A stretch of 64,000 nt of DNA from Octopus vulgaris (GCA_951406725.2 OX597838.1:7874001-7938000); one strand, 5' to 3'. Counted from the stretch's first letter, positions 1 through 15,926 are shown. Translations and numbers: made by a program. Notes: generated by a model not told the origin, from the letters alone.

Positions 1-41
<41 letters not shown>

Positions 42-102
42 TATATAAATACATATATATACACTTATATATATATACATATATATATACATATATATAC
101 AC

Positions 103-146
<44 letters not shown>

Positions 147-1056
147 TTGGATAATAATACGAAGGTATCGAAACAATTGCCGTGATTAATATTAAATTCT
201 CGTGTATTCCATATATAGAGAGAGAGGGAAAGAGACACACACATTACACACACATTCCTACATATTTGCATGAAAATATGTGGATGATCATGTAAGTGTT
301 TGTTCGTGTGAGTGTTTCTCTCTAGACAATGTACGTTGCCTTGTATATTCTCGTATAGGCCTGCATGCACGGCAGTTCTTTATACGCGTGCGTGTACTTC
401 CGTGTGTGAGATCGCTTATCCCTGGTAGGCATAAACCTATAATGGTTGAATTTAACGCGACAGAATTCTCATGATTAATCTCAGACTAACGATTCTTTTA
501 ATTCGATCTCTTCTTATCCTACAGACACAGAATAACAAAAAGTAGAGTACACATCTTTGCCTATTTCATTCATTACAAACGATGCCATATCTCCTGCAGA
601 GGGCTTCTTGCAGTATGCTAATATCGTTTAATTCAGGAAGCCATGACAATTCTTCTCACTTTATTCTCAGGTTGTTATCTTGTTTTCTTTATGATTTGAT
701 AGCTTGCTTCATGTTTTCGTTTTTAACTTCCTAATTGTGACATTTTCTTTGGCTGTTCTTGTAATACGATATAACTCGTGGTTGTTTTTGAAGTGGCGGT
801 TATTGCGGTTCTTCTGCCTGCTTATTATGGAAATGTTTGCCGTATGAGCTCTTCTTTTAATTTATTCTTATTCCATTTTATTGTATCATTTTTAGCATTG
901 TTTGATATTAATGCTGGATTTCATCATTGTACCATTTCAGAAGATGGCATTATTCCATTATAAATAAACTCTTAAACAGTTTGAAAAGAAATTGTTTTCC
1001 AATGCCATTAGCAATTTAGATTAGATAATTTTTGATGAAAAGAATGAAAAAAATTC

Positions 1057-1119
<63 letters not shown>

Positions 1120-1794
1120 TAGAGGAAATTTTTACACATTTAACAAAATATTCTTCTTGAAACGTACCTTCAACCTTATCGCATGACATTCTACAAATCG
1201 AAGCAGATAGCATGTTATGATAGATTTGTTTCAAATATCGTCACATTTTAGCATTTTCAAATCATTATGCTTGGTTTACGATCTGTATAATATCAAGAAA
1301 ACAGAACAGAATCCATATTTTGTTATTTCAGTTTTGTATTACAATTATTATTTTAAGCGCTCAAATTTTTGAAAGGAATTCGAAGCTGTAACATGTTTTT
1401 AAATCAACAGCTACGTTGTCAATTTCTATTGTTTTGTTTTAATAGTTTTTTTAAGAATGAATTAATCACATGACAAACGTATTTTGCTGTGCATTAATGG
1501 CTGTTTGTAAAACGCGTCATCCGATTCACTGGGAGCTCTTAAGTATTTAAATATATGCCTGTCAATCTTTGTCAATAATTTTGTATATTACGTATGTTGT
1601 TCCGGAGGATAATGTAGAGGTCTTATATTGTAGGGAACTCTCTCTCTCTCTCTCACTTTCTCTCTCTCTCGCTCTCTCTCGCTCTCTCTCTTTCTCTCTC
1701 TCTCTCCGTGAAATATATGTTTCAAATCATATTTCACATAACAAATATAACATTGCTATTAAAATGACATTGTTATTATTGTAGTGATTAACAA

Positions 1795-2358
<564 letters not shown>

Positions 2359-2359
2359 A

Positions 2360-2640
2360 CAAAAAAGGGAAACTGTAAAAGATCAGGATTTGGCCGGAGA
2401 ATTGGTGAGAGTGTGGAAGAATAAGACAACCATTATTCCAGAAGTAATTGGTGCACTTGGCACAAAAACCAAAATGTTACTTTAAAGACTTGAAGAGACT
2501 GGAATTGAAACTTGCATCGTCGACCTGAAGAAAATTACCATCCGAAATTTTTCAAGAATCCGAAGAAAGATTCTCGCGATTAGAGAAAACATTTTGTCAC
2601 CAAACCTCAAGATAATTTTCCTGCTAACTCAATTAGCATG
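2360..2640 (+). mobile_element. Degraded 3' end of an R4/Dong-type RLE non-LTR retrotransposon
   Basis: Translates to TIIPEVIGALGTKTKMLL*RLEETGIETCIVDLKKITIRNFSRIRRKILAI*, matching the P-x-x-x-GALG...QK C-terminus seen at 58207-58446; has an in-frame stop. Confidence 0.7.
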
Positions 2641-2684
2641 TGCTAGCTTGGAAGTTGTAGGTGATTTATTGTTATTATTATTAT

Positions 2685-2713
2685 TATTGCCTTTGCACAG
2701 CTTCTAACGCTGG
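2685..2713 (-). mobile_element. ~30-bp extreme 3' tip of Dong-type subfamily 3
   Basis: ATTGCCTTTGCACAGCTTCTAACGCTGG matches the termini at 55512 and 60023; abuts (TTA)n at ~2670-2687. Confidence 0.65.
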
Positions 2714-2872
2714 TACCATAAATTCATTCGATTAAAATTTCTACAGGTCAGTGCCCCAGCATGGCTGCAGTCTAAAATAAAGAAAAGTTTATATATATAT
2801 GTGTGCTTGTGTGTGTGTGTGTGTGTGTGTGCATGTATGTGTGTATGTATGCATGTATGTATGTAAGTGTAA

Positions 2873-2923
<51 letters not shown>

Positions 2924-3838
2924 GGTGTTTGTGTGTGAGGTTGTGCGTGCGATCTAGCCCTCATCCGGTTTAAGCCACGGAAGCTCTAGAGCAAGCCGCA
3001 GATATCTCTCTCCTGGCATCGTCGGTGTTCGACTACCGCATCTCCTGCATCCTGTACACCTGATTTAAACACCGCACCAAAGACACAAGATACTTTTTCT
3101 ACCTCAAATTTAAAGATTTACACTATACATACCTTTATTTATAAAAATTATTATCTAAGAATATAGAATTACTTGATCAGGTATATCAATTCAGACAAAA
3201 AACTGTTATATGAACATTAAATAATATCGGATGGTTTAACCCAACCTATAATATTTTCTAACATATAACTTAAATATATTAACACTAAACTGAACATTCA
3301 CTTGAAATTTTTGCGGATAAGACAAAGATTTCTGACCTTAAATTGCAGAGAATTGTACTTATACTTATAAATGAGCGTAAATTATAATCAGAGCAACGCG
3401 ATCTCAAATATACTAGTTATCTATTGAAATAACTAACGCTACATAAATTACCCCTTCGCAGTTTTTCCATATTTTTTGATGTTTCACATCATTTATTTTC
3501 TACCATTTTGTATTGTATCCTTGTACAATTATTACATACACAAATTTTTATTACAAAATTATGGAAATTATATTGGAATATGAAAAAAAAAATTTGCTTG
3601 TAACTTAATATTCAATAATTTAGTTTGTCTGCCTCACACCTCTCCTCTGTCACAAAAGTTTATATGCGTCTTTACAAACTGTATACATTTATGTATATTT
3701 GTGTGTATATGTATATATATGCATACTTTTTTTGTCTACATACATACATATATATTATGCACACCAATGTATATACTAACATATGTATAAAAACATAAAT
3801 TATATTGATATGTGTGTATATATATATGCATAATATTC

Positions 3839-3873
<35 letters not shown>

Positions 3874-3974
3874 TGTGTATGAATGTATATCTATATATAT
3901 ATATATATATGCATGTATAGAGCTACCTATCTACATATGTTTATCTAACTTTATACACACAATGTATATGTATG

Positions 3975-4008
<34 letters not shown>

Positions 4009-4096
4009 GATATATATATATATATATGCATGTATATATATATATGCATGTATAGAGCTACCTATCTACCTATGTTTATCTAACTTTATACACACA

Positions 4097-4140
<44 letters not shown>

Positions 4141-4345
4141 TGCGAGCTACTATTTTTGATTCTATTAAGACTGCAATATTTGTTTGAATATGGAAACAGA
4201 TTTCAAATGTGGAATGTACACAATCAATAAATCGTACATAAAACCCATAAATACAATTTGTCATTATCATTTATTATCATTACACAAAACCACGTAGATT
4301 ACACACATTCATACACATTCACCCACATACGCGCACACATATATA

Positions 4346-4393
<48 letters not shown>

Positions 4394-4619
4394 GTGTAAG
4401 TGTGTGAAAATCTACATGTGCTTACCTGTTTATTTTCAATTTGTAAATTGCAGTGTGACGCGTTTGAATAATTTCATGAAGTATAAAGTAATCAGTCGAC
4501 TATCATAGCATTCCGTACACACAGCCTTTGATTATGCTTGCAGTACAAATCTACTCTATATATATATACATGTATGTATGTATGTATGTGTATGTATATA
4601 TATATATATACATGTATGT

Positions 4620-4650
<31 letters not shown>

Positions 4651-5136
4651 GGGGGGGTCTGTGTGTATATATGTGTGTGTATGTATGTATGTATATATAT
4701 ATGTGTGTGCATATATATATGTGGGTATATATGTATATATGTGTGTCTGTGTGTGTGCATATATATATATATATGTGTGTGTGTGTGTATATATGTATGC
4801 ATGTATATATATATGTGTGTGTATGTGTGCATATATATATATGCGCATATATATTAAGATACATATGCATAAATACTCTTATATCTACGTGTATATGCGT
4901 TCATATGTATATACGCATCTGTATCTCTCTCCCTCTTTCTTTCCCTCTCTCTCTCTCTCTCTCAGTATATATATATGCATGTACATATATACATATATAT
5001 ATAGGCAGGTGTCTATATATATATACATATAAAGATATAGATATATACATATATATATATATATATAAAGATATAGATATATATATGTATATATATGAAT
5101 ATATATATACATATAAAGATATATATATATATATGC

Positions 5137-5206
<70 letters not shown>

Positions 5207-5723
5207 GTATAGACAGGTGTATATCTAATTTGATATTTTCCTCTTCTGTGTCTATAATTCTATTTCATCAGCCTATATTTTTCGGTATATTCAATATTGT
5301 CAATTTGAATACATAAAATGTATAAATAGCTTCGTATTTCTTTAGGGATCAAAAAATTATGTACATAAGTGTGGCGGGGGTGTGAGCGCATGCGTGTGCA
5401 TACGTATATTTGTGTGCGCCTATGTGTGAATGTGTGTTTTGTAAATGTCACATAAAAAAATGTAAGAAAACGCACAAAAGACTGTTACAAGTAGAGAAAT
5501 ATATTTTAGAAGAAATATATATATATTTCTCACCGTTCTTAATAAAATAAATTGATTTTCTCAATTTTCAAATGTAAATATATAAATATATATATATTTT
5601 TTTTTTAATTCAACTTGCTGTTTAGTAAAAGTATATATGAATAATTATTTTAAAAATGTCGAGGACTGTTAGAATGCTGTCGAAAATCCTTGCATTTTTT
5701 AACTAACCTGTTTATGTTCTTAT

Positions 5724-5875
5724 GTGGAGGCGCGTGGCTTAGTGGTTAGGGTGTCAGCATCATGGTCGTAAGATTGTGGTTTCGATTCCTGGACCGGGCG
5801 ACGCGTTGTGTTCTTGAGCAAAACACTTCATTTCACGTTGCTCCGGTTCACTCAGCTGGCAAAAATGAGTAACGC
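5724..5875 (+). mobile_element. tRNA-derived SINE 5' part (family A2)
   Basis: A box TGGCTTAGTGG and B box GTTTCGATTCC; near-identical reverse copy at 53960-54070. Confidence 0.8.
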
Positions 5876-7889
5876 TGTAATCAATCAATTATTTCAAATC
5901 CCACAGAAATCAAAAACGTACCTTTCATTTATCTGGGGGGATCGATAAAATGCAGTAGTATTTTAATACTGCAGTTGGTTTAATCTATTCACACCTCCCG
6001 CCAAATACACACATACATACATACATACACACACAAACACTTTTTTAAATTTTGTCTGATATAAATTTTCATTTTGGTATTATATAATACTAACAGAGGC
6101 ATACCAGTTAATATGAACCAAGATTGGAAGATGTTGTCTTTCAAATTGTCTGAAATGTTTTTCTAAGGTAAGTAGATTTTGTATCTAGTCAATCCTGAAA
6201 AATCGCAGCACCTAAATATATGCGGTTCTGATTTTATGTTTGTTGCAATTGGGAGACGCTGAAGCTTTCCGACTCGATGAGGCATACTTGATAAACTCGG
6301 TCGTTGATGAATACATAACAGTGCTCGAAAATTATGAAAACTAAAAGATAAATCTGTTCGCTTTATGCGTAGGCAATTGTAAAACAAGATACTCAAACAA
6401 CCAGTCCTCTTTCCGACAAATGCACAAGAATAAAGCCACAAAGCTGGGTTAGCCATAAATGGATATGAAGACCAACTCCACACTACATACAGTCAGGTGG
6501 AGCTTCATGGAGAAATCCGTGTCATATGTAAATGGATGAATGAATTGTTGGCTATATGCAGCCGAAAGTTATCACATTTTTAAAACGAAAAATTCGATTA
6601 CATTAAATTCAGAACTGAAATTTTTCACAAATGCATGCACATGGACAAATTTCTTTTATTCGACTGGAGGACGCCGCCCTCTCCAGATTGAGCTTGCTGT
6701 CTCACAGACATTTGCTTCTTCTTCGATGAAGTATTTTACAACTTTATTATTTATGATTTCGTTGGACAAAGAAGAAACAATTGGTTTTATTTTCTTCGTT
6801 TCCATTTTTATTTACCTTTTGTTTTCTATCCTGCCTATCTTCATTCCACTTTTGGTATTCACATTCCTCTCGCCTTTTCTCGTGTTTTCTCATAGAGAAG
6901 CGTTCGATCTCGGTTTTTCAAATAAGACCATCCATGTGTAATGGAGTTTGAATGATTCCTTGGAGACACAGGGTATGATATATAACACTACCAACATACT
7001 GTGATTCATCGTCATGAAATTATTAGTATCTCATGTCTAAGTACTGTGTATATTAAATTATATCTACCTCTCATTTGATGGAGTATTTTATTGCTGATCC
7101 TACTAGCAACAGAACAGTAATGTGTGTGTATGTGTGAATGTGTGTGCGCATGTGTGTGTTCGTGTGCGTATTTAACACCTTTTTAGTTAAACCTGATGAA
7201 TTTCCTGATGTCATTAAATGCAAATGCGCCAACTAAAAGTGAAACCAAACCAAGATTTTGCAGATATAACACAGGTGATTGCATAAAATCTATTTAATAA
7301 CTTATAACATACTTATGGCAACATTAAACTATGTTTATATGTGCATGAAATGAAAATATAATGGAAACCGCAGTAAAGTATAATAATGATTGTAACTCAA
7401 GCTGTAAACAGAATAAAAATCGGTTTATTCCAACATCTATATCGATGATAATTTAATGTATATTTGACAAAGTATTTTACAGTCGTTCGTACATTGGTAT
7501 TGATTATTGTTCAATAGCATTAGCAATGCAAATGTAAAATGTATGACAGTGATATCAAATTAGATATGGCGGAGATATCGTAATTATTAATGTATTGCTA
7601 TCTACGGTTATCAGTAAAAGACACAGTCACATTATTAAAGTTTTACTGATTGCGTTAAGTGATAATATGGCGGACCTTTAGTAATAGCCAGTGTGTTAAT
7701 GGCAATATTCCCAAGTGTTGCCACAATTATATTAAATTTTAATTAGTGCCATATTCTTACTATTCTGCTCTGTTTTCTTGCATTAGTGGTACTAAATGGG
7801 AGCATACAGAATTATTAAAACATATTGAATAACTAATAATCGCTATGTACTCAATCTAAGGTACTTAGTAAGAAGATTAGCTGGAACTA

Positions 7890-8200
7890 AGACGTTAGAG
7901 AATAGCGCTTAACATGAATTGGCAGTCCCATATAACAGACCAGATTCTTTATGGTAATCTTCGAAGAATTAATTCCACCTTAATGGAAAGAAGACGGAGA
8001 TTCTGTGGACATTGCTTTCGTAGCAAGAATGAAGTACTGGGTCAACTGTTGAAGTGGGAACTAACACACGGAACCTACGCACATAAGGGTCTTTTTCCTT
8101 GGACATTTATTGACAAACTGGCTGAAGATTCTGTTCTACTAAAGAGCGAGCTACCAAGTGCAATGCAGAAGAAGGAATTCTGGAGACAAGTGTATGGTGG
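7890..8200 (+). mobile_element. RTE/RTEX-group LINE ORF C-terminal fragment
   Basis: ALNMNWQSHITDQILYGNLRRINSTLMERRRRFCGHCFRSKNE...FIDKLAED...AMQKKEFWR resembles the RTE post-RT region (RRLRFxGH motif). Confidence 0.8.
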
Positions 8201-9054
8201 GGGTTTGTCTTCGGACTTTGGCAAAAGAGGCCCGATGGAATAAATACCTCATCTAACATAGAAGTACTAGGATTGGTTTGCTTGATTAAACACTTCAAGG
8301 AGGTGCCCCAGCATGGTCGCTGTTCAATGAATGAAACAAGTCAAAGACAAATTACACAGGCGTAGACATTTTTATTCATAATGGAATAATAATACCTCAT
8401 TTTGGTTGCGATGTTTGTTTATATTTTGAATTTATTGTCGTTTTCTGAGCTGTAATTCTTACACACTCAAACAAGAATAATAATAATAATAACAATTATA
8501 ATGATAAACAAGAAGTGATGTTGTTTGTAATTTTAAGATTTATAAATTGATAGATTTTAATCAAGAAAATTTTTTATCTGATTTAAATATCAATGAATCG
8601 GCTAGACTATCGGATGTTGTTAAACACCGCTGATCTCAATACTTCGCTTTGTTGTCACTTTCGAATGTGGCCTTCCGGCTGTCTAGACGGCCAGGCTAAA
8701 ATTTCCCCAGAATTGAACTCCAGTTCACCCATTTAAGGCTGAATCGTCTGGACCATCGTCAAATGGAGTGTTTTGTTCTAAAACACAACGTGCTGTCGGC
8801 TATGGGAATAGAAACCAAAATCTTGTGATCGTGAATGCAACAACCAAAACACCATGCCACGGTCAAAATATATTATCCAGTGAATAAAGTTACAAACGCT
8901 GGTTTCGTGTAGTTTACTTGTGTGGCCCATTGAAAAGAGATCAACAATAATTCGTGTTACATTCATATTTCTCGTCAAGATTCATTTTAACACCAAAAAT
9001 TAGAGGACACGATTATGTTGCAAGCATTCGGTTCAGACGACCAATTTGAGGATA

Positions 9055-9400
9055 CCTCCTTCCTCTTTCTTTCTCTGTCTCTGTCTCTCTATCACTCTTT
9101 CCCCCTCTTTCTCTCTCTCTACCTTTCTCACCTCTCTTTACCTCTTTCTCTTTCCTCTCTTTCCCCCTCTCTCTCTCACACTGTCTCTACTCCTCTCTCA
9201 CCGCCTCTCTTTCTCTTTCCCTTTCTCTCATCTTCCCTGTCATCCCCTCTCTCTCTCTCCTCTTCTCTCCCCCTTTCTCTCTCCTGTCTCTCTGCTGTTT
9301 CACCTCTCTCTTCCTGTCTCTCCTCCTCTCCCCCTCCACTTCTGTCAGCCCTTCCCTCTCTCACCCAACTCCCTCTCTCTCCTTCTCTCTCTCTCTCAAC
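9055..9400. repeat. CT-rich low-complexity tract
   Basis: Directly visible. Confidence 0.9.
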
Positions 9401-10719
9401 ATACTTGGACCCTTCTAATGAGTCATCCACGCTTTCGTTCCTTCTGAATCTAAAACCAAAAATTCCCTTTTTTTTAATACCTGTGTTAAATTCGACCTTA
9501 CTTCCATTAATTAGGATTAAAAACTGAAGCCATCTCCTCATTTATGACCGTCCACATACAAAGAAGAGACATTGACTTAATATATTCGTTACATTTACGG
9601 GTCTTTGGACCCATCAAGGCTTTCTCTCTTTCATCCAGGGATCTCAAAGGTATAAGGGCCCAATTCTGATCTATAAGACCCACTTCCTTGATTTTCCCAG
9701 GGATTTATATTGCGGCTAAGACAGCTCTGCCTGCTGGGTCTGGAGAAGAAGAGCAACCTCTACTACGTTTACAGGTCTTCCGAGGTCGTTGAGCTTTTGA
9801 GATTCCACTGCCTTGCATAGATATGGTATATAGGTTTATATTAACAATAGAAATACATTTAGTTTGTTCAGGTAAGAAAGTAAACGGACATCGACCTTCT
9901 CATTTTTCTCGAAAAAATGCGAATATATACTTAAAGTTCACGCTCAGAAGAAAATGAAATTTCAAGAAAATATCAATTTATTTATTTCAAATATAGTTTT
10001 CACTAGAATTTTTGCAACTAAATATTTTACGAGAATCTACAAAAATTATTTTTACTTAAACTAAAAGAAAAATCAGGATATTCATTTAAATAGTTTTTGG
10101 AAAATAATTTCTAAACTTAGAGGTTTTAGGATATTTCGGAAAATATATCTTAAATAATTTTGATCATATTTAATATTTTAGCAATGTGAAATCCATAAAA
10201 AAATTTGTTCACCAATTGTAAATTTACTATGTAATTTTTATTAAATTGCTTTTAAAATTAAAAGAAAGTTTTAAAAATTCTAAAACAAATTAGGAAAGAA
10301 TTAAATTATTTATAATGAAATGTAAAAACAGTTCAGAATATAATTTAGTATATAATTACCAAGATCTTGTTCCACGAACTGAAATTAGGGATGCGTATGA
10401 ATACATATGTGTGTATATCTACGTTTACCTACGTGTGTATATATGTGTGTATACATATGTGTGTATATCTACATACACACCTATATATATATATATATCA
10501 CATATGTGTGTAAATCTACGTTTAGTCTCAGGTAGGTATGCATTTCTATATTTACCATTGCACCTCTGCTTGTACATGTATTCATGAATATAGGTACAAC
10601 AACATGCATGTTTTTTTTTTGTAGTCTCAGCTCAGAGCTGCGGCCAAGCTGATGCACCACCGTTTTGCTACACGTGTACGTCCCTTTGGCTTTTGCTGTA
10701 TTTGTTATTCTTAATTTCC

Positions 10720-10847
<128 letters not shown>

Positions 10848-11178
10848 GATATATACAAATAATCTGAAAATGAGGAAACACATGGATTGGACCACATTTA
10901 TAGCTTATTTTTCAATACAAAGCATGACATTACAAAGAGGTGACATAATAAATCTTACGGCCGTTTCCGCATCCGTTGCCAAAATGCTGTCCATAAATAA
11001 ATGCGAAAATAAAGTCCTTCATCTTCATAAGACATTCGAATTAAGGCACGGAGCTTCATCAGAGTAAAAAAAAAGACCATACAATATAGACAAAGGGAAG
11101 AAGGAATAGGAAAGTGAAACATGTCCTAGAAAAGAAACCTACCATCTAGGGGCTACGAGGTCCGTTTACACTTGACAA

Positions 11179-11230
<52 letters not shown>

Positions 11231-11491
11231 GGAAAGATAAATACATATACACACACACTCATATATATATATATATATATTTAGTAAACAAGAGAGACAG
11301 AGACAGATAGAAATGAGGAAAATGCCACTTGTATTTAAACACTATACAAATATTCTTTTAAAAAACTTTTCTTTTAATTTTTCTAAATGTTATTATTTAA
11401 TTGTTACAGTTGAAAAAGTCTCAATGACTGAAACCGGTACTGAAATTTTTTTTATAAAATCATTTTACCATTTTCTATCTTGACATTTTTT

Positions 11492-11551
<60 letters not shown>

Positions 11552-12104
11552 GCATGATTATATAATTATTATGCATATATATATAAAAATTATAGAGAAT
11601 TACCCTCTTTCTCCTCCTCTCTCACTCTCCCTCTCTTCTCTTGCCTTCTTTCTCTCTCTCCCTCAACTTCTGCATGCGTTTTAATACAAAATTGTTACGC
11701 CTGGATGGTTACATGAAAACTAACAAACGAAATAAATTTAAAACTAATAATTAAAACAGAAACTAGTTGCTCTATTTAAAGCATCTTTTCAAGATAGCTA
11801 ATTAATAATTAAAAATTCTAGAATTAATCAAGAAATTAATTTACGACGTTAATATATTTGACACCATGCTAGGTCAAAGGGCATCTTTGTTTTGATGCAG
11901 CCACAAAGAGTTTTCTCAACTTGTAATTTTGGGCATGCGCATAGGTGTGTGTGTATGTATGGGTGTGAGCATGGATGTATCGGTATAGGTGTTTACCCGT
12001 GCATTTATATGCGTGTGTGTGTGTGTGTGTGTGTGCGTGTTTGTGTATCCGTGTGAGAGTATGTGCGTGTATGTGTGTAGGTAGACACATTCACAAGAAC
12101 ACCA

Positions 12105-12536
12105 ACACCGCCACCACCACTACCTTCTACCGCCACAAACTACCACCTTTATACTGTCACAATATCACCAATACCATCACCATCACCATCACTACCAACA
12201 TAACTACCACCACTTCCGCTATCTCCACCACCATTTTCCGCCACCACCTCCACCACCACTTCTGCTGTTGCCAACACCACCACCAGCAACAACAACACGC
12301 GTATTACTACCACTATCACCACCACCAACACAATCATGACTATCACCAGTATCACCACCACCACCGCCGCCACCGCCATCACGACAACCATCATCAGCAC
12401 CACTACCACCAACAGCAACACCACCACTACAACCACCTACCAGTGTAACCTCACCACCACAAAGGCCAGTAGGGTTACTAACATCACCCCCACAACCACC
12501 TGTAACACCGCCAACACTACCACAGGACTGCCACTG

Positions 12537-12567
<31 letters not shown>

Positions 12568-13850
12568 TACTACCACTACTACTACTACTACCACTACTAC
12601 GACTACTACTATTACTACGACTACTACTACTACTACTACCACTAATACCACTACTACTACTACTATCGTTACTAATAACAGCACCTGAACCACCACCACC
12701 ACCATATACCTATGCGTGTATTACCTCATTGTACGTGTCTGTGTAATTATTATTGCTTCTGAGTGTGTGTATGTGTCTGTGTGTGTGTGAGTGTATGTGT
12801 GTGTGCGAGTGTATGTGTGTGTGTGAGTGTATGTGTGTAGGGGTGGTATATGTGACTACAGGTTTGTATGTAGTGATGTGTGTATATGTATGTTAGAATG
12901 CATGTTTGTGAGTGTATATATATGTCTGTATGTATGCATGCTTGTATCATATATATACATATATGTATGTGTATATATGTTGCTACATGCATGCATATAT
13001 GTGTGTAGACGTCGGATGTGTGAGTTTATTTATATACATGTAGTTATGTGTGTATATGTATGTTAGAATGCATGTTTGTATGTGTACGTATGTATATATA
13101 AATAAATAAATATATATATATATATATATATTTGCATGCATGTATGTGTATGTATGTGTGCATGCATACATGTAGTTATATGCATGTATGTATGTGTGTG
13201 CGAGTGAATGAATAGGTACAAATGTTTGTGTGTGTGTCTCTGTGTGTGTGCTTGGGTAGTGTTGGGCGTGATTGGAGTGACATCGTCTTATGCTCTTTGG
13301 TACTTTTGTCTTGTAATATTTGTTTTAATAATGTCATAGCTTCCTTTGTAACCGTCTCCTCTATGTGTGCACAACACACACACACCAACACCACCACCAC
13401 CACCACCAACAACAACAACAACCAACCACCACCACCACCGCCACCATAACCACCATCACCACCAACACCAACAACAACAACAACAACGACAACACCGCTG
13501 CCACCACCGTCACCGCTACCATAACCACGATTAGCACCACCACCATCGCCGCCGCCGCCACCATCACATCCACCACCACCACCACCACCACTACTGCAAC
13601 AACCACTATTACCTCCGTCACCAGCACTACCATCTCCACCACCGCCATCACTACCATAAACCACCACCTGTATATGGATACAAGCTCCAAGTCCTGCTCC
13701 ACCACCACCACAACCATTGCCGCCACCACCATCAACGCCATCTCCGCCACCACCATCTCCGCCACCACCATCACCGCCACCACCATCACCACCACCACCA
13801 CCATCACCGTCACCATCATCAACGCCACCACCATCAACGCCACCACATTA
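12105..13850. repeat. Two ACC/ACT-rich cryptic triplet tracts flanking a TG/TA tract
   Basis: Directly visible; source of the poly-T/H/V ORFs. Confidence 0.9.
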
Positions 13851-14456
13851 CTGCAAACTTAAACTTGTGCAATTATTGTCTCTCTCTGCTTTTGTTGTTG
13901 CTGTTGTTGTTGTCGATATTGTTCGTGTTGTTATTTATTTTGTTCATCCCTGTGATAGTATTTTTTCAATTATTTCTAATTAATTCTTAATAAATTAAAC
14001 GTTCGTAGCTGTGCAGCATGTTAACGAAAGAACGGAGAGGAAGGAGAGATTGGGGAACAGAAAGACAAAAGAGAGAAGACTAGGCAGAGAGAGAGGGTGG
14101 GAGGAAGAGGGAATATACAAAGTTCTTTGGTAAAAGAGATATAAAAAAATAAGAGAGTGTCTTTTGATAGAATCCGGTTTTGTTTTTTATGTTGCAATAT
14201 TTCGACATTCATTTGTGCGAAAAGTTGTTTTTTTTTATGTGGTTGCTTCAGTGTGGAGCAGTGTTCAATTCGGATCTTTTCGCTTTGACCGGCAGACTTA
14301 TAAAAAATTTCTTTGTTACTAAACACTTTTTAATCTACGTATACTGGTAGAATGTGTTACATAAAACATCTTTTTCTCTTGGCTTTCTTGAGAAAATTCT
14401 GTAGTTTGTAACCTATTTGTTCTTTAATTTCTTGCATTTCGGCAATTTCAACCAAT

Positions 14457-15160
14457 CGGGGTCGATAAATTAAGTACCAGTTACGCAGTGGGGTCGATGT
14501 AATCGACTTAATGCCTATGTCTGTCCTTGTTTGTCCCCTCTATGTTTAGCCCCTTGTAGGCAATAAAGAAATATGAAACGTTAGGACCCCGGGCGAAATG
14601 ATTAACGGTACTTCGTCTGCCGTTACGTTCTGAATTCAAATTCAAATTCTGCCAAAAGCTTTCATCCTTTTTCGGGGTCGATAAATTAAATACCAGTTGT
14701 GTACTGGGGGTCGATCTAATCGACTAGCCCTTTCCCAAAAATTTCGGTCCTTGTACCTAGAGTAGAAAAGAATATCTACGTTAGCACGCCGGGCGAAATG
14801 CTTAGTAGTATTTCGTCTGTCTTTACGTTCTGAGTTCAAATTCCACCAAGGTCGACTTTGCCTTTCAGGGTCGATAAATTAAATACCAGTTGTGTACTGG
14901 GGGTCGATCTAATCGACTAGCCCTTTCCCCAAAAATTTCGGTCCTTGTACCTAGAGTAGAAAAGAATATCTACGTTAGCACGCCGGGCGAAATGCTTAGT
15001 AGTATTTCGTCTGTCTTTACGTTCTGAGTTCAAATTCCACCAAGGTCGACTTTGCCTTTCAGGGTCGATAAATTAAATACCAGTTGCGTACTGGATTCGA
15101 TCTAATCAACTGGCCCCCTCCCCAAACATTTCAGGCCTTATGCCTAGAGCAGAAAAGAAT
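14457..15160 (+). mobile_element. Head-to-tail multimer of SINE family C (about 3.5 units, ~194-bp period)
   Basis: Repeated CGTTAGCACGCCGGGCGAAATGCTTAG...GAGTTCAAATTCC...GGGTCGATAAATTAAATACCAG units; AGTAGAAAAGAATATC recurs at 14761 and 14955. Confidence 0.85.
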
Positions 15161-15926
15161 TTTTCCCGTTCGTTTTCTTTTTTCCTTTAACTTTTTTTCT
15201 CTTTTTGCTCTGGAAGGAAAATAAAATTATCAGATTGATTTCATCAAAAAAATATATTTCCTTATCTGGGATTTGCAAGTTCAAAACCCAGTGCAATGTG
15301 TTATTTTAAATAAAAAAAACAAAGGAGTCGCTATGCATTCATTCAAACTGCTAGAAATAAAAGTCAAATCTCTTTTAAATAACACCTAGTCTATTTGATA
15401 AAAGGAATGACGCATTTGATAATGTCGTTGATAGATCATGTTTGGATAAAATTCAAGGTGGCAGTTAATAAGATCGAATACCTTTGATCGCAAGTCTGCT
15501 AGATCTGGCTTGATAGAAAGCGAAATCATAACACATACGAAGATCTGCTTTTCTATATTATTTCTGGACAGTAAAATTATCAACGGTAATATTCCTTGGA
15601 CGTCAGCTGAAGCTGAGAGATTAAAGAGAGCTTTATGGGGCTTACATTATTTATTGTCTATTTTAAACGTTAGCAGATTGGCATCTGGACAGGAAAATTG
15701 GGCTCAAAGAATTTGGAGGCGCTAAAATGGAGATAAAAAGAAAAAAGAGAATTTCTGCGTTCTGTGATAAACAACTTTTTGCCGAATCGACCACAATGGT
15801 TACTACGTCGCTAGACTTTCTGCCCGCAGTAGTAGAATAGCAGTGAAATTCTTCGTTGTATTACGTTGTACAGTCTTTAAAAAGACGTTCAGACATGGGT
15901 GTGTGATATGAGCTTACTTTCTAACC

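Noticed and set aside
145-185. Hammerhead-like motif ATAC(GAAG)GTATC-GAAA-CAATTG
   Set aside because: The CTGANGA core and cleavage triplet are not recognisable; too degenerate to call.
6097-6167. Possible 71-nt exon (TACTAACAG acceptor, AG|GTAAGT donor)
   Set aside because: No recognisable peptide, poor pyrimidine tract and no partner exons; needs RNA-seq.
13176-13983. Gly-rich, Pro-rich or mucin-like proteins (also 27341-28008)
   Set aside because: Open in several frames and both strands because of ACC/GGT repeats; no splice or signal evidence.
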